Virus record (IMG/VR): IMGVR_UViG_3300010052_000003
Location: 1-57,296 of that record
Origin: a virus
Lineage: Duplodnaviria > Caudoviricetes
Strand: one strand, 5' to 3'
DNA length: 57,296 bases
Every line of letters begins with the position of its first letter. The stretch's first letter is position 1. Shown here piece by piece: positions 35,136 through 45,099 of the stretch. The notes under the pieces were generated by a model. It ran no database searches and was not told where the DNA came from. It saw only the letters and a list, made by a program, of their open reading frames with translations. The position numbers and the translations under genes are program-made.

Positions 35136-37142
35136 TCAGGCGCCTGCGGCCTTGTAGAGGCCTTCCCAAGCCAGAGCCTTGACGCCGTAGTCGATGCGAA
35201 CCTTGAACTTCATGCCATCGACATCGAACTCTTCGGCCTGCTCCAGCAGCGGCTCGGTGACGCCGTTCAGGTACTGGACCTCGACGGTGTCGGTCGCGGC
35301 CTGATCAGCCGCCAAGTACCAGGCGGTTGCCGATGCCGTGTCGAGACGAGCCTCGTCGATGATCTCGTTGACGGCGTTCTGGACGGGGTTGATCACGGCC
35401 GGGTTCGCCTGGCCGAGAGCCGCCGAGGAAAGGACGATCTGGCGCGCCGTGTACTTGAGGGCGCGCGGCACGATCAGGTACTTCGGCCGAATGCCCAGAT
35501 TCACGTCCGCCTGCGAGCGATCCTTCTGCGTGCCCATCGCCAGGTCGCCGGTCTGCAGCGAAGTTGCCGACAGCGCCGAGCCGCCCCCAGTCGCGAGATT
35601 CTTGTGCGTGGCCGTGTGGAACAGGGCCACCCCGTCGCCCATCACCGGGTTGCTGTTCAGAACGCCGTAGACATCGTTGCCGATGGTGCGGCGGGCCGCA
35701 CGGCCGAGCCGGCGAGGTATTACGACGAACGCTCCCAGGTCATCGTTGATGATCAACTGGCGCGAGACCGTGACCATGCCGCCGGCCGTGACCAGAGAGA
35801 CGATCTCGCCCCGTTCGCCGGTCGTCAGGTACTGATACTCGCCGGCCTCGGTCAGCTTGGGCAGAGACGGCATGGCGTTCAGGTCGACGCGCCGCGCCTG
35901 CTTGAAGTCAGACAGGCTGCCCACGGAGGTCCAGAGGCCGAAGGTCTCTTCGGTCTCCTCGTACCCCTTCAGCATCGCCTTCTCAGCGACGTTGGCCGTG
36001 ATCAGGGGAAAGTCGGACGACGAGTGGGTGATCGCGGCCGCCACCATCTTCATCGGATCGCGCCCGATCGGCACGCCACGATGGGACTTGATGCCGTTGC
36101 GCGCGAGCACGTCGCGGACGATATCCATCGGCTTCATGCCGTTGAACTCGTTGCCGCCGTCGCGGGCAACAATGGCGCCCTGCGCGAGAATGGCCTGAGT
36201 GACGCCGGCGACATACTTGTCCCGGCCGTCGGCGGTGACCACCGCCCGCGCGCCGTTCGCGTCCGGCTTTTCGCCCTGTCGAGCCGCGATCGCATCAATC
36301 ACCTTGTCCTTGAAGGCATCGAGGCTCGCCGCATCCTGGACCAGGGCGTTGGTCGCGCGCAGGTCGAGCCCCGCCTTCTCTGCGATCGTGTACGCGGTCA
36401 CCGCCCACGCCTTCGCGCCGGTCACAGCTGCCGGGTCGATGTCGGACGCAACGGAAGTGAGGGCCCCGGCTGCCGGGGTCTGCTGCTCGCCAGCCATGGG
36501 CTGCTCCTTATAGATCGCGGCCGCGGCCGCTGTGGGAAGACTCGCCGCGTGAACCCGAGGCAGGTCGACGGGAGCACGGGCGTAGAGGGAGTAGTCGAAG
36601 CGCGCGACCGCAGCCGCGGCATCATCGAGGACGTTGGTCGCGAACCCTTCGTCGACCGCCTCGTCAGCTGAAAGCCATGTCTCGGCGCGCATCAGCGCCC
36701 GGACAGCAGCCTGGTCCTTTCCGCTTCGAACGGCATAGACCCCGGCGTACTGCTCCGAGAGCTTGTTCAGGGTCTCGGCGGATTTCTCGTGCGCGGACGC
36801 GTCCCCGAAGGTCACCCCGGCCGCGTCGTGAATCATCATCATGGCGCCGCGGCGCATGCCGATCTGATCGCCAGACATGGCAATCAGCGATGCCGCGGAA
36901 GCCGCAATTCCGTCGATCGCGATCGTCACATCGCCTGCGTGGGCCTTCAGCAGCGAATAGATTGCGACCCCATCGAAGGCACCGCCGCCGCCCGAATTGA
37001 TCCGAACGGTGACAGGCCCCGGACCGAGCTCGGCGAGCGCAGCGGCGACCTGCTCGGGTGTAAACCCTTCCCCGAACCAGGTCTCGCCGACGTTGCCGTA
37101 CAGCAGGATCTCGCCGTTATTCAGAAGCGACTTCGTTTCCAT
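35136..37142 (-). CDS. ClpP-type protease-major capsid protein fusion
   Basis: INSGGG, GIAASAAS, MMIHD, ETWLSADEA; capsid motifs SSSDF, SRQLIINDD, KVRIDYG. Confidence 0.93.
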   Translation of the reverse strand: METKSLLNNGEILLYGNVGETWFGEGFTPEQVAAALAELGPGPVTVRINSGGGGAFDGVAIYSLLKAHAGDVTIAIDGIAASAASLIAMSGDQIGMRRGAMMMIHDAAGVTFGDASAHEKSAETLNKLSEQYAGVYAVRSGKDQAAVRALMRAETWLSADEAVDEGFATNVLDDAAAAVARFDYSLYARAPVDLPRVHAASLPTAAAAAIYKEQPMAGEQQTPAAGALTSVASDIDPAAVTGAKAWAVTAYTIAEKAGLDLRATNALVQDAASLDAFKDKVIDAIAARQGEKPDANGARAVVTADGRDKYVAGVTQAILAQGAIVARDGGNEFNGMKPMDIVRDVLARNGIKSHRGVPIGRDPMKMVAAAITHSSSDFPLITANVAEKAMLKGYEETEETFGLWTSVGSLSDFKQARRVDLNAMPSLPKLTEAGEYQYLTTGERGEIVSLVTAGGMVTVSRQLIINDDLGAFVVIPRRLGRAARRTIGNDVYGVLNSNPVMGDGVALFHTATHKNLATGGGSALSATSLQTGDLAMGTQKDRSQADVNLGIRPKYLIVPRALKYTARQIVLSSAALGQANPAVINPVQNAVNEIIDEARLDTASATAWYLAADQAATDTVEVQYLNGVTEPLLEQAEEFDVDGMKFKVRIDYGVKALAWEGLYKAAGA

Positions 37143-38637
37143 CAATCTGATCCTGTGGCTGCCCGCCCAGCGGGAGCGTCGGTGGCGCCCGGCCGTCAGA
37201 GTCGAACTTCAGATGCAGGGCATCAGCCCGGCGGTTCTCTTCGGCCTGCTCTTGCTCCACGACCTCGGGGTCGTAGCCAAGCTTCCGGACCTCTTCGGAT
37301 CGGCTGGACAGGCCCGATCGGATCGCGTCTCGCGCGGCCGGGATTTCCTTCGTCGGATCAATCATTTCCCGCCGAGGCGGCGTATGGTCGAAGCGGTACT
37401 GGTTGGCCCCGTTGAGGGCAGGAAGGGCGGCTTCCCGAAACCAGTCGCAGACCCGGTCGCACATCTGCGGGATGAGCATGTGCCATCGCCACTGATCGAT
37501 GGCCCGGGCAAACTCCAGCCATCCCATTCGACCAGACGAGAAGTTCGTGCGCGTCAGGTCACCCGTCAGCGCCTCGTATGGAATGTTGAGGCCGATCGAA
37601 ATGCTCCTCTGCTTCGATCGCAGATACTCGGGATAGCCAGCAGTCGCAGGCGGAGTGGAGAACTTGATGTCCGTGCCGACCGGCAGGGACTGGATGGTTC
37701 CGGGCTCGAGCGTGTCGAGCGGGTTTCCCGCCAGCGACTTCGATCCTGACGAACCGTCGGCAATCGAAGTGGCCTGATCCTCTCCGAGAACGAACGCGGA
37801 GAAGCATGCGGCGACACGCTGCCTGACGAGCTCGGCGTCTTCGTACTCGCCAAGATCCCAGATAGGCATCAGGACGGGGCTGAGCCACGGCACACCCCTC
37901 GTCTGGCCGGGGCGATCCTGCCGGTAGACATGAGCGATGTCAGACGCAGGTATCCGACGAGAGACGTCGCGCAGCACCGAGACGGTATCGCCTGGATGCG
38001 CATTGAACATGTGGTAAGCCACCCGTCGACCGGACGCGTCGTACTCAACTCCCTGGCTGATGCGGCCAGCCGACAGCATCTGGTCTTTCGAGCTGTCGAG
38101 GTAGTCGGGCTCGAGCACTCGGATCTGAAACGGGACGGCAAGTTTTCGGTCCGCCGGGGTTGCGATGCGGTGGACGATCGCCTCGCCAGACTCGGCGACG
38201 GTTCGCATCACCAACGATTGCAGTCCGTAGATGTTGTGGCGGCCGTCGGCGTCGATTGCTGTCGTCTCAAGGTGCCTCTTCACCAAGTCCTGAACTCGGC
38301 TTTTGAGGTCCAGGTCGATCGTCTGGACAATCGGAATGATCCCGGCGCCTACGATGTTCGACGTGTAGACCTGAACGGCACGCGCCGCGTAGGGGTTGTT
38401 CCGCACCATGTCGCGCGACACGTCACGGAGGCGACGCAGAGCGCCAGCGGTCTCCCTGTCCGCGCTCGTCGACTGAACACGCCTGCCGGACGTCCTGTGG
38501 GTCCTAGCCGCGCCGTCGTAGAGCGCAGTGAACTCCTGGACGGCCGCTGTGGCCCTCAGGCGCGCTTTCATCCGGCGCAGCCCGGCCTCGGGCGATACTG
38601 CCGAGATGGCTCGATCGAGCAGGCTCGGGCGATGCAT
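37117..38637 (-). CDS. portal protein (lambda family)
   Basis: RDMVRNNP, RPGQTRGVP, YEALTGDL..NFSSGR, IDPTKE. Confidence 0.95.
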   Translation of the reverse strand: MHRPSLLDRAISAVSPEAGLRRMKARLRATAAVQEFTALYDGAARTHRTSGRRVQSTSADRETAGALRRLRDVSRDMVRNNPYAARAVQVYTSNIVGAGIIPIVQTIDLDLKSRVQDLVKRHLETTAIDADGRHNIYGLQSLVMRTVAESGEAIVHRIATPADRKLAVPFQIRVLEPDYLDSSKDQMLSAGRISQGVEYDASGRRVAYHMFNAHPGDTVSVLRDVSRRIPASDIAHVYRQDRPGQTRGVPWLSPVLMPIWDLGEYEDAELVRQRVAACFSAFVLGEDQATSIADGSSGSKSLAGNPLDTLEPGTIQSLPVGTDIKFSTPPATAGYPEYLRSKQRSISIGLNIPYEALTGDLTRTNFSSGRMGWLEFARAIDQWRWHMLIPQMCDRVCDWFREAALPALNGANQYRFDHTPPRREMIDPTKEIPAARDAIRSGLSSRSEEVRKLGYDPEVVEQEQAEENRRADALHLKFDSDGRAPPTLPLGGQPQDQIDGNEVASE

Positions 38638-38846
38638 CAGGAGAGGCCCGACACGTGGCGCACGACGGAGCGGCGCGACGAAAGCGACCCGCCCCCGCTC
38701 AGCGCGCGCTCGATGTCCGCCAGAATGCGGTCGATCTCGGCGAGCGTCCGGTAGCGAACAAGCCGGCCATCAGCGTACCGGACCTCGAGCGCGCCGGTAG
38801 CCTTTGCCGCCCGAAGGGCATCGAGATCGGTCTGTGTCCAGGCCAC
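38637..38846 (-). CDS. gpW-like head-tail joining protein
   Basis: WTQTDLDAL..TG..EVRY..VRYRTLAEI. Confidence 0.85.
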   Translation of the reverse strand: MAWTQTDLDALRAAKATGALEVRYADGRLVRYRTLAEIDRILADIERALSGGGSLSSRRSVVRHVSGLS

Positions 38847-38866
38847 GGCATTGGCTCCAGATTGGA

Positions 38867-40921
38867 TTAGCGCTTGAACCACCCACGCGGACGGTCACTG
38901 AACCAGGGCCCCCGCTGAGCCCGGGCCGCCGCCGGTTGCGTCGAGGGGAGCGCAACCGGCGAGGCTTCGGCCGGGGCAGCCGGTGGAGACTGGCGAAAGC
39001 CGGCCGCCGGCGCAGAAGCGGCTTCAAGCAGGGGTGGCACGGTGTCGGTCGGGACGCCCCGCTCAGCGGCGAGCTGCGCCCAGTCGTTGGTCGTCATGCG
39101 GGCGAGACCGAGATGCTCGAGCAGCGCCAGGATGTAGACCCGGCAGTCGAGCAGGTGGTTGTCGCGCTCGCTCGCTCGCAGCTTCCACGTCCGGACGCGC
39201 CGGCCGCGGATGGTCTCGTCGGTGAGATACTCCGCCGTGAGCTGGCGGAAGTAGCTCATGTCCTGCCAGCTCCCGAAGTGGCAGTAGCCTTCCGGCACCC
39301 CTTCCGCCCCGCGAACCCGATGGAGGTCCTCGTAGAGCGACCCCTTCAGCGGCCAGGTCCCGACGCGCCACAACCGGACGCCCTTCTTGACCTTGCGGCC
39401 GCCCATGTCGATGTCGACGAGCGTCGGCAGCGACAGCGGAGGCTTGCCCCAACCGTCGTCGCCCTTCAGCGCCAGGACGACGTCCCGGCCGACCCGGTTG
39501 AGCCGCTGGGACGCCCGCACCCAGGCGTAGACCGCGTGGGTCCGGAAGCCCGTGTCGATCCCGAATGCGTCGAGCGAGCGGGGTCGGTCCCAGGCGTCCC
39601 GCCAGGGCCCGTCGAGCACCTGCTCGCGCAACTTCACGAAGGCCTCGCCGTCGTGCGTCGATGTGTCCCCGTCGATGTAGCCCGCGTCGACTGTCCAGCT
39701 TTCGCGGCGAGGGCCGTAGGCGGTGATCTCCCACCAGATGCCGCGCATCTGCACGTCGGCAGCGCCAACGAGGATGATGCCACCCGGCGGGACGATGCCG
39801 CGGGGATAGTCCTCGCGGCGCGCGTAGAGCAGCTCGTGGTCCGGCGCGTCGCCCTTCATCTCGTAGGGCAGGCCGAGCCAGAGGTTCCAGAAGGTCTTCA
39901 GCTTCGCCGGGTCGTCGCCGGCGGAGACGAAGGCCTTCGCGATTTCGTCCCAGGGCACGAACGGCGAGGACAGCGCGTCGAAGTGGTAGCTCGGGAACCG
40001 GCCGGGCTCCGGCCTGGTGGCGATCCACCGCCCGCGGCGCACCAGGCCGTTCTTCTCGTGGGCCTCGATGATCGAGCCGCAGCACGGCGCCACGTAGTGC
40101 GCCCCGTGCGGATAGGTCCGCGCGTAGCGGAAGTTTTCTCCCCACTCGAACACGAACTCCGAAGGCGCGCCGTCGGGCTGGCGACAGTGTGGGCACGGCA
40201 CGTGCCAGAAGCGCTGGTCTCCGGCTTCGAACCGGGCGTCGATCTTGCTGGCGCCCTTGATCGTCGGCGTCGAGATGTCGAGCTTCTTCCAGTCGCCCGA
40301 AGCCAGGAAGCTCATCAAGCGGCCGTCGCTGATCTCGAGCGGATCGCCCTGCCCGTCGAGGTCGTCGGGATACTGGTCGATCTCGTCGCGGATCAACTTC
40401 TTGATCGTCTTCGACCTCAGGTCGGCGGCCGAGGTCGCGATCGCCAGCGTCAGCGCCCCGCCGGGGTAGCGCTTCGAGTAGGTCGTGGAGCCTGTCGCGG
40501 ACCGGCTCGTCTGGGCCGCGACCTTCGCCCGAAGGGTCTTCGACTGCTCGATCGCCGGCTGCAGCTTGTCCCGGTTGAAGTCCGCCAGCGCCGCGTCGGT
40601 GGGCTGGATGATCATCATCCGACAGGGATCACGGTCGATCGAATGGCCTATCGCCGCGATGGCGAGGGTCGTAAAGCCAGTCTGGGCGCTCTTGCGGAAC
40701 GCGATCTCGTTGACCGGCGAGTCCGGGCCGAACATGTCGAGTGGCTCGACGACGTACGGCGTCAGGTCGGCCGACCACGGCTCACCGTTGCGCGGCCCAT
40801 CCGGGACCACCAGGTTGGCCGCCGCCCACTTGGACGGGGGGAGCGGAGGCGGAACCCGCAGCACGGCCGCGGCGGCGCGCGCTGCGACTGCCGTGGCACT
40901 GTGTCTGAAGTGGAGGCTCAC
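38867..40921 (-). CDS. terminase large subunit (GpA family)
   Basis: KSAQTGFT, DEIDQYP, ISTPT, GDQR..VPCPHC, NHLLDCRVY. Confidence 0.96.
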   Translation of the reverse strand: MSLHFRHSATAVAARAAAAVLRVPPPLPPSKWAAANLVVPDGPRNGEPWSADLTPYVVEPLDMFGPDSPVNEIAFRKSAQTGFTTLAIAAIGHSIDRDPCRMMIIQPTDAALADFNRDKLQPAIEQSKTLRAKVAAQTSRSATGSTTYSKRYPGGALTLAIATSAADLRSKTIKKLIRDEIDQYPDDLDGQGDPLEISDGRLMSFLASGDWKKLDISTPTIKGASKIDARFEAGDQRFWHVPCPHCRQPDGAPSEFVFEWGENFRYARTYPHGAHYVAPCCGSIIEAHEKNGLVRRGRWIATRPEPGRFPSYHFDALSSPFVPWDEIAKAFVSAGDDPAKLKTFWNLWLGLPYEMKGDAPDHELLYARREDYPRGIVPPGGIILVGAADVQMRGIWWEITAYGPRRESWTVDAGYIDGDTSTHDGEAFVKLREQVLDGPWRDAWDRPRSLDAFGIDTGFRTHAVYAWVRASQRLNRVGRDVVLALKGDDGWGKPPLSLPTLVDIDMGGRKVKKGVRLWRVGTWPLKGSLYEDLHRVRGAEGVPEGYCHFGSWQDMSYFRQLTAEYLTDETIRGRRVRTWKLRASERDNHLLDCRVYILALLEHLGLARMTTNDWAQLAAERGVPTDTVPPLLEAASAPAAGFRQSPPAAPAEASPVALPSTQPAAARAQRGPWFSDRPRGWFKR

Positions 40922-41529
40922 TCGTCCTCCTGGGCACCGCGCTGGTGTTCGGCCTGGGCGGTCTCGGCCAGGCGCTCGAGCTCGCGAGCCATCGTCTCGC
41001 GGGCATCGCGCCCGATCTCCTTCAGCACGCGCCGGGCGCCAGGCGATCCTTCCTTCCCGACCGCGGCCGCGATGTCGTCGGACCGGGTCGGCAACTGATC
41101 GAGGAGGCGCACCAGCGTCTCGGCGAGCCGCACCGCAGCTTGCTGCACATGTTCGATCGGCACGAGCTTGCCGAGCCTCTCATCCAGGTCGAGCTTCTTG
41201 AGGTCGGCCGCGTAGGCTTTCTCGCGAGCCTGCTCCCGGGTGTAGGAGTGCTCGGCATCGGCAACCGCAGTGACCTTCGGCTGCGGCGCCTGGACGTGGG
41301 CGAGCTCGCTCGTCTCACCGACAGCGCGGTCGTACTCGGCGAGGCTCACCAGGACGGTGCCACGCGGTCCCTTGTGCGTCGCGATCTGCCCGAGCTGCTC
41401 GAGCCGCGCGACGCGCTTGCTGATCGCCTGTTTCGAGACGCCCTTGCGGCGGGCGATGTCGGCGATGCTGAGCATCAACCCCACCGGCCGGGCGTCAACC
41501 GCTCCGGTCGCGTCCGTCAACACGATCAA
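40918..41529 (-). CDS. terminase small subunit
   Basis: HTH SIADIARRKGVSKQAISK, GKLVP; between cos and TerL. Confidence 0.88.
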   Translation of the reverse strand: MIVLTDATGAVDARPVGLMLSIADIARRKGVSKQAISKRVARLEQLGQIATHKGPRGTVLVSLAEYDRAVGETSELAHVQAPQPKVTAVADAEHSYTREQAREKAYAADLKKLDLDERLGKLVPIEHVQQAAVRLAETLVRLLDQLPTRSDDIAAAVGKEGSPGARRVLKEIGRDARETMARELERLAETAQAEHQRGAQEDE

Positions 41530-41546
41530 CCCCGATTTTCCAAGGA

Positions 41547-41615
41547 CTCGCTACCGTTTTTCCGGACTGCCGCGGCGGGTCGGTAGGGGCCTCCCAGGGA
41601 AGGACCCGAGGCCCC
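41547..41615 (-). other. prophage cos site
   Basis: cosQ GGGTCCT (41601-41607), 17 bp, putative cosN CCGACCCGCCGCGGCAGTCCGG; upstream of terS. Confidence 0.82.
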
Positions 41616-41632
41616 ACCCCCTCGCCCTGCCG

Positions 41633-42256
41633 TCAGCGAGCGCCGAGCGTGCGGCCGAGGCGCCTGAGAATGGCGGGCGGCACGTGCTGGGCCGCCGCGC
41701 GAGCGAAAAGGCGGGCCACCCCGTCGCTCCTCATCTCGCTGGCCACGCTCGGCCCGTACAGGATGCGTTGCGCTCCCCTGCCTTTGCCCGCTTCAGCAGG
41801 ACGGATCGCCACCAGCCCCTTGCCTACAAGATCGAACGAGCGCTTGAACGCCCTGCTGGCGGCCCAAGGCGCGGCGACGACCAGCGCCTTCGACTTGATG
41901 GCGCCGAAGCGACCACCGACGCGCGACTGGTCGCGCCAGTCGCCGAAGCGTTTGGCACCGCGGGACTGGACGCGGAACTCTTCGATCTCGATCGGCTTCG
42001 GGCTACCGATGATCTGGTAGGAGAGCGCTCCTCCGAGAGCGCCTCCCGTCGCGGCGATGCTCCGCGTGCCAGCAACGACGATCCCGTACTTCTTCGTGCC
42101 CATCCGCGCCTGGAGCGTGCGTCGCACCTCGGTACGGACCTTGTCGCCGCCCTGGTTGAGGCCTTGGCGGATCGCCTCGGGCCAACCGGACCGAGCGCGG
42201 TCCAGGCGCTTTGCCAGGTCGCGCAGCTGGCGATCGTCGATCTTGATGCGGATCAC
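41633..42256 (-). CDS. minor tail protein Z-like
   Basis: AIRQGLN..RT, LYGPSV; Arg-rich. Confidence 0.6.
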   Translation of the reverse strand: MIRIKIDDRQLRDLAKRLDRARSGWPEAIRQGLNQGGDKVRTEVRRTLQARMGTKKYGIVVAGTRSIAATGGALGGALSYQIIGSPKPIEIEEFRVQSRGAKRFGDWRDQSRVGGRFGAIKSKALVVAAPWAASRAFKRSFDLVGKGLVAIRPAEAGKGRGAQRILYGPSVASEMRSDGVARLFARAAAQHVPPAILRRLGRTLGAR

Positions 42257-42423
42257 CGCGAGATACCCATCGCCAGGCGCGCCCTGGCCGCTGCCTTCCC
42301 GGCATCCTGCGCCATGCTGCGGACGACGAACGCAGTCGCGGCGACGAGCTGCGCCCGGTCACCTGCCAGCACGGCGTGTCCGGCGTTGGCGATCGCGGCG
42401 CGACGCTGCGAGCACTGGCACAT
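42253..42423 (-). CDS. small hypothetical protein
   Basis: MCQCSQRRAAI; overlaps the start of the next gene. Confidence 0.5.
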   Translation of the reverse strand: MCQCSQRRAAIANAGHAVLAGDRAQLVAATAFVVRSMAQDAGKAAARARLAMGISR

Positions 42424-42635
42424 CGCGAGGCCGCCTGGGGAAAGATGAGCTGAGGTTGAACGAAAACGGCGGCCACGAGCCGCCGTAGAGTACCGAGCCG
42501 CTGCCCTTTCGGGACTGATGCGTCGGCTGGATCCGCCCGGCGGGTGCTCGGTTTCCCGAGGAAGCGCCATTCTTCAGTAAGCGGGTCGCCCGGCGGGGAC
42601 GATATGCGAATCGCCGGATCGGACGCAAGCGCGAT

Positions 42636-43211
42636 TTAGGCCGGCTCCAGCACCGAGGCCGCAGCCTCGATCCGTGACGCCCGGCCCAGGATCTCCAGCA
42701 GCAGCCGAACGCGCTCACCGGCCGCGCGCTCGACGACGGCGGTGAGCCCGCACCACGGCCCATTTGCGAAGCGTACTGCCTGCCCTGGAGCGAAGCGCGA
42801 GGCGCGGCGATAGGTGCGCTGAGTACGATCGAAAGCGCAGCGCGTTTCAGCTGCCCGCAGCGTCTCGACCACGTCGGCCGGCACCGTCGCAACGTCCGAC
42901 CCGAACCGTACGAAACCGACGACACCGGGCCGCGCCTCGATCGAGGCCATCGCCGACAGCAGCCGCTCGCGCCAGGCGAAAGCCTCGCCCTGCCGACGCG
43001 CCGCGGCCTGCCGCTCTGCGGCATCGGGGTCGACGGCCGCGAAGACGTAACCCGGAAACAGGGGCCGGAGCCCCGGCTTGCGCGGCGCCACCCAGATCGT
43101 CTCCATCGGCGCATAGGCGTCGTGCCCGCGTTTCAGCAGGTCCTCGGCCACCGCGAGCTCGCGCCCGCCCTCAACCGTCAGCACGTGCCACCTGATCTTG
43201 CCGGCATCCAT
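42636..43211 (-). CDS. NusG-like late antiterminator
   Basis: WHVL, PLFPGYVF, KOW FAPGQAVRFANGPW..G. Confidence 0.88.
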   Translation of the reverse strand: MDAGKIRWHVLTVEGGRELAVAEDLLKRGHDAYAPMETIWVAPRKPGLRPLFPGYVFAAVDPDAAERQAAARRQGEAFAWRERLLSAMASIEARPGVVGFVRFGSDVATVPADVVETLRAAETRCAFDRTQRTYRRASRFAPGQAVRFANGPWCGLTAVVERAAGERVRLLLEILGRASRIEAAASVLEPA

Positions 43212-43243
43212 TCTCCGCACCCCTTCTAGGCCTCTGAAGTCCG

Positions 43244-43550
43244 GTCCAACCTCGTCCAACCTCTTTGTCTTGAAATCGAGAAGGTTGGACGTTGTAACTC
43301 TTTGATTTCATTGATCAGGTCCAACCTGTCCAACCTGTCCAACCTTTTTTGCAAGTTGCAGGAAAACCGCCCTTGCCCCGTGAGAGAGGGGCCGGGCGGC
43401 CACCCCACCCCTTCACCCCCTCACGGTCGCGCGCGTGCGTGCACCCGTGAGGCCGAAAAGGTTGGACAGGTTGGACAGGTTGGACGCGACCAATGATTTC
43501 AACGACTTACGTCGTCCAACCTCTGGCGGTCGGTCCAACCTAGGTTGGAC
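43244..43550. repeat. prophage replication origin: 12 GTCCAACCT iterons plus IHF sites
   Basis: Forward at 43244, 43254, 43319, 43328, 43337, 43514, 43533; reverse at 43282, 43459, 43468, 43477, 43542; IHF consensus at 43295-43307. Confidence 0.8.
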
Positions 43551-43557
43551 TCGGGGC

Positions 43558-45099
43558 CTAAAGCACGTCATCATCGGGCGAATTCCCCTCTCTCTCGACG
43601 GGTTCGGCGGGCCACATCACCGGCTGCTGGACGGCGGCCTCGAAGGCCGCGCGACACTCCGCCAGGCCGGGAAAGACCCAGCACCAGCTCCTCTTGGCGA
43701 TGATGTTGCCGTCCTTGTCCCGTCGCTCGACGACGATCCGGGTCTCGCCGAGAGCCGGCACAAGGCGGGAGAGCTTCATCCCGACTTCGGTCTCGGCCGC
43801 CTTGCGCTTCACCCCGATGCGGTCCGACTGGTCGATGTAGTCGTCGATCAGCTCAGCCCTTGCGACCGTCTTCGCCCAATCGTCCCGCGCTCGGGTGGGC
43901 GCTCCGGCGCGCAGCCGCTCGAACCACCAGATCTCGACCGAGTCGAGCGACCTGATTTTTTGCTCGAGCAACGCCTCCGTTCGCGGGATCTGTCGCAGGT
44001 TCACGGTCGACAGGTCGAAGGCGAGCAGATCCGCGAGCAGCGCCTCCCGGCCGCCGTTGTCGAGCTGCTCGTCCATCTCCCGGAAGTAGTCGTGCTGCTG
44101 GGCGCAACGCGGGTCGACATCCAGGACGCAGAATCGCCGCTCATCCTTGCCCGCCGGCACCACCCAATCTTCGTTCGACGTCATGATCAGCCGGACGTAG
44201 TTGCGGAGCCGGATCGGATCCACGCCCTTCGCCTCGATCTGCTGGATCGGCGACGTGATGAGCCCCTTGAGGCGACCCTCGGCGGCCTTGTCGCCCGCCC
44301 AGACGGCTTCGTCGGCCTGGAGGAGAAGGCAGGTCGCCATGTGCGCGTTGAACTGGCCGGTCACGTATCGTGGATCGTCCACGAGGAAGTAGTGGCGATG
44401 GATCAACGAGCCGAAGACCTCGCCGACCTTGCTCTTCCCGGAGCCCATCTGGCCCCGCATGACGAGCGCGACGCCGAGCCGTTCGCGCGGCAGCTGGACC
44501 ATGTGAGCGAAGAACGCCCACAGCCACAGGAAGCGGTCCATGCGCCCGCCGGCAACGTTGTTCAGCAGGTGATCCTTGAAGATCGCGTAGCTACCCCGCT
44601 CTCGCGACGGCGTGACCGAAAAACCCTGCCAGAGGTTCAAGTAGCCGGGCGTGCAGGTTCCGTTGCCGGGATCGGGATAGAACTCGACCCCCTCATAGGA
44701 TCTGCGCTGCCGACTTTTCATCCAGCGGTGCGACCAGGTCGTCACCTTGAACTTGCCGGTCTGCGGGTCCGGGATCTCCGTGAAGCGGTTCGCATGCCAG
44801 GCGTGGAAAGCCTCGAGTGTCAGAATTCGCTGCTGGTCGTCGACCGGCGCCAGCGGCTGCTCCATGTAGACGACTGCCTTCGAGCCGAGCAGGACGAACG
44901 CGAACTTCTGGTTCATGGCCCCCATGTCGAAGCCCATGGCGTCAGCCTCGCGCCGGACGACAGTGGAATCGGGCGGGTCATCGGCGCCAGCTTCAGGATC
45001 AGTGTCAGCCGGCGCAGCTCGGCCGGGCAGCGCCTCGGGCGTTGACACGATGCCTGCAACCTGGTCGGCGGGATCGGGACGATCATCGGCAGCGGTCAT
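43558..45099 (-). CDS. SF3-type (DUF5906/D5-like) helicase
   Basis: GQMGSGKS, GQFN, ADEA, MTSN, ERRF. Confidence 0.88.
   Translation of the reverse strand: MTAADDRPDPADQVAGIVSTPEALPGRAAPADTDPEAGADDPPDSTVVRREADAMGFDMGAMNQKFAFVLLGSKAVVYMEQPLAPVDDQQRILTLEAFHAWHANRFTEIPDPQTGKFKVTTWSHRWMKSRQRRSYEGVEFYPDPGNGTCTPGYLNLWQGFSVTPSRERGSYAIFKDHLLNNVAGGRMDRFLWLWAFFAHMVQLPRERLGVALVMRGQMGSGKSKVGEVFGSLIHRHYFLVDDPRYVTGQFNAHMATCLLLQADEAVWAGDKAAEGRLKGLITSPIQQIEAKGVDPIRLRNYVRLIMTSNEDWVVPAGKDERRFCVLDVDPRCAQQHDYFREMDEQLDNGGREALLADLLAFDLSTVNLRQIPRTEALLEQKIRSLDSVEIWWFERLRAGAPTRARDDWAKTVARAELIDDYIDQSDRIGVKRKAAETEVGMKLSRLVPALGETRIVVERRDKDGNIIAKRSWCWVFPGLAECRAAFEAAVQQPVMWPAEPVEREGNSPDDDVL

Noticed and set aside
2471..41615. 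In situ cos-to-cos packaging of the 39 kb between the two cos sites
   Set aside because: The sites are in opposite orientation, whereas lambda-type termination needs directly repeated cosQ-cosN
43244..43550. CRISPR array
   Set aside because: 9-bp repeats in both orientations without regular spacers, and no cas genes; better explained as iterons
31564..45045. Long plus-strand ORFs (31564-33375, 34995-36671, 38804-41098, 43435-45045)
   Set aside because: Antisense shadows of clear phage genes in high-GC DNA, with no recognisable motifs
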